A stretch of DNA of 62,992 nucleotides, filler included, from Rhabdomonas costata (GCA_019059605.1; 53 parts of 53 records of this genome joined end to end with filler, not necessarily neighbours in it); one strand, 5' to 3'; numbered from the whole stretch's first letter, positions 38,685-50,874 are shown. The notes: generated from the letters alone by a model not told the origin. Numbers and translations are program-made.

Positions 38685-40913
38685 CTGCACAAGAGACAAA
38701 AGAAAGCAGAGGCCATCTTGGTTATCAAAACTTTCGGTCTATCGCTTTCAGGTCGAAATTTAACTTCGTCGTCAAAATCATCTTGGAGTTTGGCAGAGCT
38801 TACCCCCGTGCCCGGAAAACAACATAGAAATTTTTTTGAAAAACGCTTTGCCCGAAGCTACCGGCGATCAATTTGCGGCATTTCATCTTACTTGATCGAA
38901 AGCGTCCGAATGCGTGCAAACTGCTGTGGGCTATCCACTCCAATCGAAGGCACAGCCATCAACACCTGATGGCCTCCGTCTACACTGGTCAGATGTTCCA
39001 CCAAAAGCAGAAGCGAAACCCGCCGACACCCGGGCTCATGTCCAGGCTTATTGGCACGCTGAAGAGTTTTTTTTTGCGGTTGAGGTGAAAATACCACTGA
39101 ACGCGAACAGCCCTCCAGAGGGGCTGCGGGAGGTCCACTGGAGGGCTGTTCGCGTTCAGTGGTATTTTCACCTCAACCCCAAAAAANNNNNNNNNNNNNN
39201 NNNNNNNNNNNNNNNNNNNNNNNNNNNNNNTTAATTAATTAANNNNNNNNNNNNNNNNNNNNNNNNNNNNNNNNNNNNNNNNNNNNGGTTTGGTGTAATT
39301 GAGTTGAGTGTTGAAAACTGTGGGATACTATAAGGGAAGGTTGGTTTCTGTGCAGGGGTGCGACTTGTAGTGAGTCGCATTATCTGATTTGCATCCATCA
39401 AAACCGCTAAGACTGTTTTCGCGAACGCCAGTGCGAAAGCGGCAACGCACAAAGTATTTGCCTCAATTAAGGAGGTGACGCCCAGTAACCTGGAGGTATT
39501 GGCAATGAGACCAGCTCACCTGTACCAAAATTATGGTAGTGTCTCAACAATAAACGTGAGCGCGCTTCTGGATAGGTCTGATGCATCTTTGCGATACAGC
39601 ATAGAGCGAGCCAAAATTTCTGTTTACCAAAATGGAGAAGACGAAAATATGGAATTTTCAAATAAAGGTTCAGCGTGTTGCTCAAAACGTCTGGATTGAA
39701 GCGATGACATTCAGAACCAGAAAGCCACACACGGGTTTTCTTTTGCAAAAGCAGCGCCATGTTTCGAGAGTGAGTTGTTGTTGCCATGGAGCACAGTGAC
39801 AGAAAGAACTGTCACACCTGTGCACCATTGTTGCAAGAGAAATGACAACAAAAGCAGTTGGGAAATCATTCCTCTTCCACACTATTTCAAAACCCAGATA
39901 ATCTCGTCGCTGGTGAGCTGGCGGTCGGAAGAAGAAAGAGAACGTTTCGGGCAATGCTGAACTTATGTTACATTTCGCAACCTATGAAGAAAACACAAAA
40001 AAACAGTGGAATTGCTTGCCATGCAAGAAATGAAAAACCATGTGTAGCAAACCCTGTCGTACAGTCTTTTCAACTGGGGAGCATGTGCTGAGCATGGGAG
40101 GAGTAACTCAAACTACGAAGGTTGACACCAAATAAAAATGGAAAAAGCAACACGGAGAGAGAGCAAGCAGGTTTTGCATACTTCACCTAATACTGAGCTC
40201 GATCCTCACGTCCAATGAATGAAAGGCAAAAAAAAAAGAATGGAGGTGTCAGTAAAACACAAAACTATGAACGCTGCATATCAACACATGTCTACCTGAA
40301 TAGGGGGTTTCCAGTTGTACGATTGGCATAGGGTGTGGAAATGATAAAGAGAGGCAACGCGGGGAGGACAACAACAANNNNNNNNNNNNNNNNNNNNNNN
40401 NNNNNNNNNNNNNNNNNNNNNTTAATTAATTAANNNNNNNNNNNNNNNNNNNNNNNNNNNNNNNNNNNNNNNNNNNNGGGGTGGGTTACTGATACCCTTT
40501 TAGAGATGCGACCATTGGCGCGCATGTGAGGTAGTGAACTATGTAAGGGGGGTGCTATGACGTGGGGTCTGGTGAATTGCAGTCACAGGGGCTTCCTTTC
40601 GGGGAACCCCCTCGGCTGTCAAACTGCACGAAGGCACAACTTCTTTGGTTGGGAAGAGAGCTAAACTGTGGACCAAAGTCTTCATAGTTCAAGCTGATGG
40701 GAGAACATCTCAGATCCGTACAAATAGAAAAGAGGTAGCTCTTGCGAGCGATGGGGTGCAGGGTGGAAATGAGTAAAGAGCAGCCGTGTGCGATGAGGTG
40801 GTTGGGAATAAAAAGGCATTTCGATGTTTGATTTGGCTGTACAGACTCTACCACCGCGAAGGTTGGGAGACGGTTGCTGGAGGATGGCAAGAGCAGAGAA
40901 GATAAGAAGAGAC

Positions 40914-40944
40914 CTTGACAGCTGTCGCAAGTAAAGGACGGCAT
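40914..40944 (-). CDS. Micro first exon MPSFTCDSCQ, LYAR-type C2HC zinc finger start
   Basis: Matches the MxxFxCxxC N-terminus of LYAR-like proteins. GT donor follows. Only 10 codons are visible. Confidence 0.45.
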
Positions 40945-41699
40945 TTCCTGCTTGCTGGAATAAGCCAAAAGACACACGGAAGAGGCGCGGATGAAGGGAG
41001 GACGAAACAAAAGCAACAACACAACACAAATTAAAAACGGAGCCTGCGAGGGAACCACACCCAATACCAATACTCACTCACCACTCCAGAAATTGCGCAC
41101 CAAAGTTATGATCCCCATCTTTTCAACATCGCTGGCAAAACACGTGACGAAGGAAGGCCCAGCAGTGTCAGCGGGAGATGCTTACCCAACCAACCAGCAG
41201 TTAACCCAAGCGTGACTTCCAGAACACTGGCGTTCGAGGAGTTGCGAAAGGGTTGTGGTTTCGGAGCTGATTCGCGGTCGCAGCAAAAATTGCCCTTCTT
41301 CTTTCTTTCACAGCTCAGTCGTTGCCGTGAAGGCCACAATCCAGTCTCTGACATGGAGAGAAACACCAAAATTTGCTGAGTTATGAGAACAAGCCAATGG
41401 GGGACGACAGCACTTGAGGGAAAGCATGTCCTTTTGTCCTTTGCCTCGGACCGCGGTCTCGGGATACAGACTCTTTTTTTGAAAGGTGAAGGCCCCAAAG
41501 CTCCAAGCTCACCACATACACACTATACAAACTGTTGTCTACAAGAGTGAGAGACAGTCCCACACAACNNNNNNNNNNNNNNNNNNNNNNNNNNNNNNNN
41601 NNNNNNNNNNNNTTAATTAATTAANNNNNNNNNNNNNNNNNNNNNNNNNNNNNNNNNNNNNNNNNNNNGGGGTGGGTTTCCTGGAAAAGGTGGAACCTC

Positions 41700-41987
41700 T
41701 TTGCTGACACGGCGGACAACGGTCTGGAGGCTGTATCGATGTGCAGCATGCACCGCTACGACGCGGTGTTTATGGACTGTCATATGCCGCTGTGTAACGG
41801 CTTTGAGGCCACGCGGCGGATCCGCCAGCTGGAGGGCTATCACGCCATTCCCATCATCGCCCTCACCGCGGCTACCGCGGTGGAGGACCAGGACGCCTGT
41901 GTGCAGTGCGGGATGACCCACTTTCTGCCCAAGCCTGTAACCCTGGCTTCCCTGCAGCCTGTGCTCGCCCAGGCAGCTTTAATCTGA
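41700..41987 (+). CDS. C-terminal receiver (REC) domain, hybrid histidine kinase type
   Basis: ADNGLEAV...YDAVFMDCHMPLCNGFEATRRIR...PIIALTA...GMTHFLPKP with the phosphoacceptor Asp, Thr and Lys all intact. Confidence 0.9.
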   Translation, partial: FADTADNGLEAVSMCSMHRYDAVFMDCHMPLCNGFEATRRIRQLEGYHAIPIIALTAATAVEDQDACVQCGMTHFLPKPVTLASLQPVLAQAALI

Positions 41988-43820
41988 TTCGTACCGTGTC
42001 CCCGCACTTTGTTTTCGCTCCCTTCTTCTTCTTCACCCACCCATCCTTCTCTCGTCCGAACCTCTTTCCGTTTTCTTTGCGTCCAGTTTTCGTTGCGGCC
42101 CGTCACCGGAGTTTCGTGTACGGCTCGACACAGTGTGTTATGCTTGTTCAGGGTCTCACTTCGTCCTTCTGCGGTCTCTGGGTTTTCGCCTGACCTGGTC
42201 TGGCCGTTACATAATGCTGCACAGTCACCCATTGGTGCATGATGGTATGGTTTTGCTGGGGCAAAAGTCTAAGAACTTTGCCTCCCAAAACCACAACCGG
42301 GGGCTGGCAGTTCTTTCTCAACTCACGTTCCCCTCTCAGTGGGATTCCATCGTAGCTTGCGAGGCCCATGGAATAGTGAATATGTGTTAAGCCTAGGCTT
42401 CAGTGCTTTGCGAATGTGAGTGTTCCGGCTTTTTCAGCTTGTTCTGTACTATGTGTGCCTTGGGTTGACAGCAATGAACCTCCATTGTGTAGGTGGTGCT
42501 ATGTCCTCTTGTTCTCTGGGACATTAGGAAAAGGGAAGGGGTCATGACCCACCTGTTACCGCGTCTTGGTTAAAAATCCTTGCCCTAATCTCGCAAAGCC
42601 TGCTTCTGAGCTAGCGGTTGAGCGTGTTGCTGTTGGACGGGCGATCGAAATCTAGCCGTTGGAGTGAAAATTACACGGTCGATTCTCGTTTCTGGGATAT
42701 CAGAAGGGACCTTTGCAGACCGGGCTTGTTTCCGAGGTTTCTGCCTCCACAACNNNNNNNNNNNNNNNNNNNNNNNNNNNNNNNNNNNNNNNNNNNNTTA
42801 ATTAATTAANNNNNNNNNNNNNNNNNNNNNNNNNNNNNNNNNNNNNNNNNNNNGAAGTACGTGAGATTGCAATGCGACAATGCAATGGGTTTATATATAC
42901 TCTGAGTTTTGCGGCGCACAGTGAGCGCAAGCCTGGAGAAAGGGTCGTGTGGCCTCGGAAAAAACCCAAAACGCGTGTGTGGAAGATTGTGCCATTTTAT
43001 TTTTCTTGCCCCCACTAGAACACAGCAAACTAATTGGTCACCCCACACAGACTTTCTCTCGCATGTTCTCACTCGGCCACACATAAACGCTTAGGAAAGG
43101 GAGATAACGGCTACCGATGGTTGCACACCATTAAATTCCCCACATACAAAAAGGAAGCCAGTGTCTCCTTTTCCCTTCTGGCGTAGTCCAAACCCCACAA
43201 GCAAAACCGCCACCGGCCAAAGCCGCCCCAACCTGAGGCGAAAATGTAAGTCTGCCCAATGCCCCGATCCGGCATCCCAACGTCAGCGGGGAGCGCAGTG
43301 CCCATGCCTTGTGTCAGCTGGGAGTGGTCCCATCCTCACGCAACTGTACTCATGACTAGGTCCAAGAAGGAAAATGTTACGAATGCCTGCAACCCTTTCT
43401 TCGCACCCTTTCTTTGCCTGGGTCTTGACACCACCGCGAAGAAGACAGCGGAGCTCCGGTTCCTTCGGGGAAATCCACCGGCTTGCTCAACTGGTAGCGC
43501 CATCAGGTTCCGGTGCTGCCTCAGAAGCCTCAGAAGCCCTAATTTACGGCTTCTCTGCTTGACTCTAAGAAGGGGTCCCCGACTCAGGCACCACCTGCTG
43601 CAATGCCCGAGAGATCTCCCGGAGCTTCAGCGCGGTCCCCGCAGGGTCTACGATGAAACCAGCCAAGGAAACGCGACCGAAAATTGACAGGGGTTCCCTC
43701 ACCAGTAAGTCTGTGGTGTTCGGGCGGCGGCGCGTGGGGATGCAACAGCAGACTGAAGGCGTTCGAACAAGGACGAGGCGATATTATCGACCGATACTAA
43801 CTGAAACGTGCCTTCAGCGG

Positions 43821-43844
43821 GGAGAGAGAGAGAGAGAGAGAGAG
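43821..43844 (+). repeat. (GA)n microsatellite
   Basis: About 12 GA units seen directly. Confidence 0.9.
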
Positions 43845-45779
43845 ATGAACCCGGAACCAAAGAACAGAACAAGGGTGCTGTGCATGTCAACATCTGTGTA
43901 CAAGCGCGTAGGGGCGCAACACCAGTCCTGAGGGTAAAAAACAANNNNNNNNNNNNNNNNNNNNNNNNNNNNNNNNNNNNNNNNNNNNTTAATTAATTAA
44001 NNNNNNNNNNNNNNNNNNNNNNNNNNNNNNNNNNNNNNNNNNNNCATTCCTAGTAGTAGATGTGAAGAGGGTTTGTTTTACTCAAGATGGGCAAATTTTT
44101 CTGTTAGTGTTGAAATTTGACCATGTAGCACTTCACCACCATTAATGTAATAGTTCCATATTTCCCACACTGACAGCATAGCTTTACTTCCATTTAATGA
44201 TCAAAATCGCTCCCTCGTAGCTTTTTATGTCATAGTATCCAGTCATCTGCACATAATTGTCCCGTTTTGTGTCTGGATGTGACTGCGCAGTGTCTTTGTG
44301 TGCCCGTCTTTCATGAATTCCGGTGCTATCAAGCGCCTGATATGCATCCCGTGACCGGAAATACCTTCCCTCACCACCGGTGATGCCCCATAATAGGCAC
44401 GTGTTCGGCAAGGTTAATAAAGTTTCGGCGAGTGTTGTTTTGCGGCATAATTATTCCCAAAAGCCAGCCCATTTACCAATCTTGATACGAGACAAAAATA
44501 CCGCCAAACAAAAGTGTGGTTGTAGGGACAGTGGTGATGACACACATTGGAAGAGATTTTGTCTTATTTTGTCTATCTTTTTTGAGCTTTGTGTGCTATT
44601 GTTCCTCAGGCTCGGATCTACTTCCGCTTATGTATGCTGTGCCTAATGTCTTGATAGCCGAGCCCAACCAAGTGCTGATAAACGCTTCATAAATTTCTTT
44701 TTCTCTAACGTCTATCGCATTTTATATAAGAATTGCTCCACTTTCACTACGGCATTCAGCTTCGTGGTTTCCTCGTGCAAAACATTTGCTTGCCTTTGAA
44801 TGATTATGTGGAAGGAGTCGACTTGAGTTATACTCAGAATTATTTTGGAACTTCTATAGTAACAGCAGAGACCTGACATCCTTGTCATTTTTTGATTCAC
44901 ATCACCAAGAATTTGTGATTAGCATCATGCTATAGATTTGCTTTTTTTATGTCTTTTTTGTTGCCGCTATCATCCAACAAGAACTAAATAGGAGGAACTG
45001 TGTGGCAAATAGTACAATTGCGTTTATGATTAGTTGTGCTTTTGTGTGCTGTGCGTTTAAACCACACACGTTTCTACCAATGTTACTAGTTCTACCAATG
45101 GTACTAGGGCGTTCGATCATTGCACTAAAAGGACCNNNNNNNNNNNNNNNNNNNNNNNNNNNNNNNNNNNNNNNNNNNNTTAATTAATTAANNNNNNNNN
45201 NNNNNNNNNNNNNNNNNNNNNNNNNNNNNNNNNNNTGGGGGGAGGGGAACCGTCCAGCACTTTGATTGAACCCTGAGGATTTGTGAGGTGGGGAATGAAA
45301 TAGCTGTACTACTGAAGGACGGCTTGTGCAGTGTGGTCTTTTGTTTCAGGCAACTGAAAATGGCCTATGATCTTTTCGTTCTGGCCATTGAGACATTTCT
45401 GCTCGGCATTCCTGTATTCCTGTGGGGAGAAGGGGTTGTCCCTTTCCCTGCGGCTGCATTTTGTTGAGTTTGGTTTGACGTTTTGGAAGTACCTTGTATT
45501 TCGGGAGCGATGCTGTTTTTCATTGATTGTTCCCTCACAAGCAATCCAAAGAGACATCGAACTATCATATTATTGTGTACAAATCTGCTTGTGATCCAAA
45601 CCCTTTGAAAATGAAATCCTGTGAAGATCAAAACTCCACTTTCGGTTTGCGCTCCCGTGTCCCATTTCTGCTCTGTATGACCAGATCAACTGTTGTTTCT
45701 CCCTTCTTTTTCTCCCTGTTTTGTGTTTTGTTCTGTGCGCCTTTGTCTTTGGCGAGCACTCTTACCCAAGCACTTTGCA

Positions 45780-46326
45780 AGAAGTGAAACCACCACCACC
45801 ACCACCGCGAGTACTAGTACTGCTACTCTTTCCGGCTCAGAGGAAGAGGAGAGATGCTTCGCCTTGCGCGACGCCCCGCCGACCGCAGGAAAGACACCCC
45901 CGACACTCCCAGGGGCGAGACATGAAAGCCGCAGCCGAAAGCAGGTGGAAGACGAGCACGCGTGCCCCAGGAGTGCGATACTGGCACGGGATATCATGCA
46001 AGTTCCAAAGGTGTCCGTTTGTGCACCCGAGGGAGGAGCACATAGAGCAGACCCGCGCAGAGACGAACCCAGTGCGCAGAAATACAAGCGGACCATCGAG
46101 TTTCGCAAGAAATCAAAGCCCCTATGCTAGGGCCAACGGGAAGCCAAAGTATTCGCAGACGCACCAGGGCAAAGAGTCAGTGAGGCAGCCTCGAGGTACC
46201 GGAGGCTCAGCGGACGAGGTCAGGAATAGCTCGTACCGCAAAGACAGAGCGAAGTGCTGGCACGGCGACGCCTGCAGATACCGGTGCTGCCCGTTTACCC
46301 ATCCGAAAGAAAAGCTCCAAGGGCCG
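45780..46326 (+). CDS. Basic low-complexity protein with two CCCH-type zinc-finger-like motifs
   Basis: YWHGISCKFQRCPFVHP (first Cys replaced by Tyr) and CWHGDACRYRCCPFTHP in one intronless frame. Confidence 0.5.
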
Positions 46327-46528
46327 NNNNNNNNNNNNNNNNNNNNNNNNNNNNNNNNNNNNNNNNNNNNTTAATTAATTAANNNNNNNNNNNNNNNNNN
46401 NNNNNNNNNNNNNNNNNNNNNNNNNNGTTTTTGTTGTAAAATAATTTAATGCATATACACATAATACAATATTTATCATTATTATGTGTATATGCATTAA
46501 ATTATTTTACAACAAAATATCAATGATT

Positions 46529-46565
46529 ATAATTAGCATCGATATTATATATCGATGGTAATAAT
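46529..46565 (-). terminator. Candidate Mimiviridae-type polyadenylation hairpin
   Basis: catcgatat-tat-atatcgatg forms a perfect 9-bp stem (46537-46557), extendable to about 15 pairs with two mismatches, about 50 nt downstream of the stop of the viral-like gene. Confidence 0.45.
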
Positions 46566-46615
46566 TAAAAAAAATTACTAAAACATGGTTTTATTTGTTA
46601 CGAATAAAAATCAAG

Positions 46616-47517
46616 TTATTTATGTTCAAATTGTTTAAAAATGAATCGTTCAGTATCTATAATTGGTGCACCTGTAGTATCTCTGAAATTGTGAATAAGA
46701 TTAATTTTTTTACCAGTGGGAATATAGCGAAATCTTTTTCTACGTTTATCTTTTTTTTGTTCATTTTTAAGAGATTCGATTAGCATATCATGAGTTTCAC
46801 CAATACATCTAATAATAAATTCTTGAAATATTGTTTTATCGAAAATTGTTTTTTCATATGTTTCTAAATACATTCTTCTAAAGACCAACAAATGATATAT
46901 TATAGTTGTAAATATGTCACATTTATCACGATTATATAATTTATAATATATAAAATTTGTTAATAAGAACAAAATATTAACACTAAAAGTTCCGACATTA
47001 ATAAAATCATCTTTTTTTATCTTAATGTTTGGAAATATATCAGGGATCATTTCGATTTTACAAACAGGAATACATTTATCTTTATGATCGTAAATATGTA
47101 AGATTTCAATATCTTTTAAAAAGAAGAAGACAGAACGTCCATGATATTGAAAAAAAGGGAAAAACTCACGAATGGAGATTTGATCTTGATATAATTCATT
47201 TAGTTTTGTAAAAATATTACGAACATCTTTTTTAAAATCGCTAGATATAAGTTGTATAGGTGCATTTTTAAATAATTTATATTTTTTGTCATTAATATTT
47301 GAATACAGTAAATATATGTTATAAACATAAAAACCAACTAAAATAACACTTTTTTTTGTTAATATAATCATAAATAGTTTGATAAACATTGGAAGGAATG
47401 ATTTGTTTTTCATAAAAATTAATATTTTTAACGTTGTAATGTTCGCCATAAATATGAAAATCTTTCGTTTTTTGAAGAATAAAAAATCTATTAAAATGTT
47501 TATTTAATCTCCAAAAC
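46616..47517 (-). CDS. Giant-virus (NCLDV, Mimiviridae-like) poly(A) polymerase catalytic subunit, C-terminal part, with one frameshift at 47350-47357
   Basis: Very AT-rich and intronless. Ordered motifs FWRL.K.F.RF..LQK, VGFYVYN, EFFPFFQYHG, IYD...KCIP, GTF, R..YL....KTIFD.TIFQEFII.CIGET recalled as characteristic of Mimiviridae poly(A) polymerases. Confidence 0.8.
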
Positions 47518-48119
47518 NNNNNNNNNNNNNNNNNNNNNNNNNNNNNNNNNNNNNNNNNNNNTTAATTAATTAANNNNNNNNNNNNNNNNNNNNNNNNNNN
47601 NNNNNNNNNNNNNNNNNGGGGGTGGGGTTGAGTGAAGGCATTGCACCATCACCCATCGCCACTTACCTCAATCACTTCCCTCGTGTGGGTTGAGTGGGTT
47701 GATTATCCCCTATGCATGGCTTCGCAGGCCATACACAGGTCGACCTTGGGTCACCTACCCAGCACTACTACCACATGCTTGACGTGGGTTCATGTCCACT
47801 ACTGGAGGCCAAGCTGACATACCCTACGCGTGGTAAGGGCATCAACCTAGCTCACCTCCAGCCACTACTAACGTACAACCTCAGGTGTTGGGATACGCGC
47901 TACGTTGCATAGGCTCACCGTCGTACCTGCGTCATCACGTGTTTCGTGTTAGCTCGGTCAGTCAGAGAAACGATGCCAACCCAGACGTTGAACTTCGGGA
48001 CGACCACTCCGTACTACTCGCGGCTACTGGGGACTATCGTCGATATAAGGAAGGCCCATCGGATCCGTTGCTGAGGTGATTCACCCTTACGCGTAGAGAT
48101 ATCCCGAGGGACATCAGCG

Positions 48120-48390
48120 CAACCGAAACCAAAAGCAAACCTCCGAAGAGGGAACCCGAATACCGAATGCCGATACCTAACCCTAAGACACGAACTACGA
48201 CACCGAACTCCAACAGCCAAACTCCGACACCGAACCCAGAACCCCAACTCAGAAGCAAAGACCGAATACCGAAAGCCAACTCTGAGACCGAACCCTGAAC
48301 CCCAACCCCAACCCAAAGACCGAAATCCGAGACAGAACCCCAAACCCTGAAGCTGAGACAGAAAGAGAGATCGAAGGCTGAGACCAAAGG
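48120..48390 (+). repeat. Degenerate tandem array of ccgaa-core motifs (accgaaacc/ccgaatacc/ccgaaccc)
   Basis: More than ten imperfect copies in an A/C-rich tract, upstream of a short coiled-coil-like ORF (48484-48708). Confidence 0.55.
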
Positions 48391-48808
48391 CTGCTAAAAA
48401 AAACGTTTTGTATCCCGACGCGAACTTAAATACCGAAAGAGAAATTACGGCACCAGCCTCGGTACCATCACCCAAATGCATAAATGTTGAGACTGAACCC
48501 AAAGGAAAAACGCTTGAATCGCTTGGCTGTGGTCACGAGACCTACTCCCAATGGCTTCTCTGCTCAGCAAGCGGAGGAGGTGCATCAGCTGATGGAGATC
48601 ACCCAGAGGGCCCTGACCAATCTTGTCGCCCAGGTGGAACTTCAGCAGCGTCTGGACGCGGTATGCGGTGCAGGCCCCACCACCCCGACCACCTCCCAAT
48701 GGTCCTGTNNNNNNNNNNNNNNNNNNNNNNNNNNNNNNNNNNNNNNNNNNNNTTAATTAATTAANNNNNNNNNNNNNNNNNNNNNNNNNNNNNNNNNNNN
48801 NNNNNNNN

Positions 48809-49807
48809 TTGTGTGTTTTGGACGGGGCCACACGTGGGGCAGTCAGCAGAGTGCACAAGTTTTCCTTCGTCAATCTGCTTGATGATGTCGTCAAGTGCAG
48901 TGGTTTTGGGCTGGGAGAGGATGACCGTGTGCAAGGTCTCCGTTCGACGGGGAACCAATCTGGAGCAGCGCGGGCAAGTGAATGTCAGCGCCTTTTGTAC
49001 TGCGCAGCACAGGGGCTGATACTGTGCGCCCAGTGCACCCCAAAGAAGCCTGGCATCTTCTTCGTCATCTTGTCGGTCAGCGTGGGTTGTGAAGAGCTTT
49101 TTCAGGTCCCGAAGGAGCTGCGTGAGAAGCTCCGTGGTGGGTGATATTCCGCCGGCTAGCTGAGCGAGTGCGGTCTTCAAGGCAACCGCGGCATCGAAGT
49201 TGCCATACTTCGAAATGCACTTCACCTGTGGAGGTGCTGTGGAGATAATCTGAGAAAACCAATGAAAAATGTTTCTTATCCGAAAACACAGCACATAACA
49301 GAGCGTGTGTAAATGGGGACGTCAAAGGGCGCGAAAATGGATACCTGCAGAATGGCGTTTAGACTGCAGAGTGTGTGCCGAGGATTGGGACACCCAGCTG
49401 GTTGACGGTTGGGATCAGCGGGTTCGTCAGTCATTCGTAGAATTCCAGAGAGCGTCCTCTGGAGATCTTCAAACTTTGCTGGCTCTGGTGGTGGAACTGG
49501 CCAGTTTGTGTTTCCGTGAGGCTGGAACATGGCAACGTGGATGCCGGTGTTTCTCCCCAGGTGGACCTCTGTTGTCTCCTGGAACCTAGCCCAGGCAAAG
49601 ATGTCCCAGCAGCTTCCCTTAGGGAATCGCTCGCGGAGCTTGCGGTTGATGGCCATTGCGGTGGGCAGGTCCTCCAGCCTGAGTGCCCAAGCTTCGCAGA
49701 CGAACTTCAGAGCAGAACGCCCCGCAAATATGAAGTCGTTCTGGTCGCCGTCCTCCGTTTGCATCTTAATGACGAATTCAATGAATTTTTGCTCCGAGGA
49801 GGTGATT
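48809..49807 (-). CDS. USP/UCH (peptidase C19)-like cysteine protease, two exons (49807-49345, 49249-contig end)
   Basis: Cys box GCPNPRHTLCSLNAILQ, a 95-nt GT-AG intron, an EEDA (QEDA-like) box, and CPRC/CPTC zinc-ribbon pairs. Confidence 0.65.
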
Positions 49808-50874
49808 CTGAAAAGGGATTTAGAGAGCAAATTGCACTAAATTATGTTCGAGTAGAAGAAAGGAAAGGCCACTGAAAATAAAACGGTTTACCCAACACAN
49901 NNNNNNNNNNNNNNNNNNNNNNNNNNNNNNNNNNNNNNNNNNNTTAATTAATTAANNNNNNNNNNNNNNNNNNNNNNNNNNNNNNNNNNNNNNNNNNNNT
50001 TTTGGTTTGATGTCGGTTGTGCTGTCACTGCTTTTGCCGCGGCTGGGCCGCCTTTTGATCATCTCAGAGGCACACTGCACATTCCTCGAGCTCCTTCCGC
50101 TGTCGGCTGTGTCCACTGCGCTGAAGAGGGTGCACTGGAGCTGCTGCCGTCACTTTGGTCTTAATCCCCTGTTGCCTTATCCGCAGGGTGCCGAGCTGCC
50201 TTTTCTGTAACTTCCGTTTGGACTCCAGTGCGCATGAAGCCAATGGTTAGACGGCTAGGGTTCAGTTCAGGGACCGGTGAGTCCCACCGCGCTTTTCGAA
50301 GCATTGCTTCTGGTGCAGGCCCTGTCAGTCTCTTCACCTTAAAGTGGCGGCGCTCTTCACCTACACAGTGGCTCGAACTTTATACAAACTTTTTGCTTAT
50401 AAAGGAGGACGAAGTGTTGGTAGCAAAATGGTTTTCTGCTGAGACGAAGGTCCTGGGGCACAAACGTGAAAGCAGGGTTCAACCCAAACACGTCGCAAGG
50501 CCGATTTGCTAAATGATATTTTCACCGTTGCCAAATTCGGCTGAAAAGTGCTCGAGTGTTTTTTCCATTGTGGAAGCTCGATTTTTTGTGTGGAGTTTTG
50601 GGGGCCTGGTGCTGGGGGAAAAACCAGTAGCAGGCTCGAACCGCAACCATCGCAAAAGCAATGTGGTGAGCATGGGGTTCGGGCTTCGATCACCGGTCGG
50701 ATTGGTGCACGGGTAAAGTACTGGGTTCCCGCAAAGAAGTTAGGAGCTAGGGTTATTGGCAATGCTTTTGATTAATACTGGATTCGGGCGAGGTTGGAGT
50801 TCCAGGGGTTCAGGCTAGTATTGGTTTAAGGTTGGAGGATTGGTAAGCAAAGGGTACAGTGGGGAGGAGTCCAC

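Noticed and set aside
42440-42460. ttctgtactat resembling part of the kinetoplastid spliced leader
   Set aside because: Only about 11 nt match, with no rest of the SL exon and no adjacent donor or Sm site.
46427-46517. 37-bp perfect hairpin at the start of the viral contig as a viral genome terminus or poly(A) hairpin
   Set aside because: It has the same contig-end fold-back geometry as seven host contigs. Only the internal hairpin at 46529-46565 was kept.
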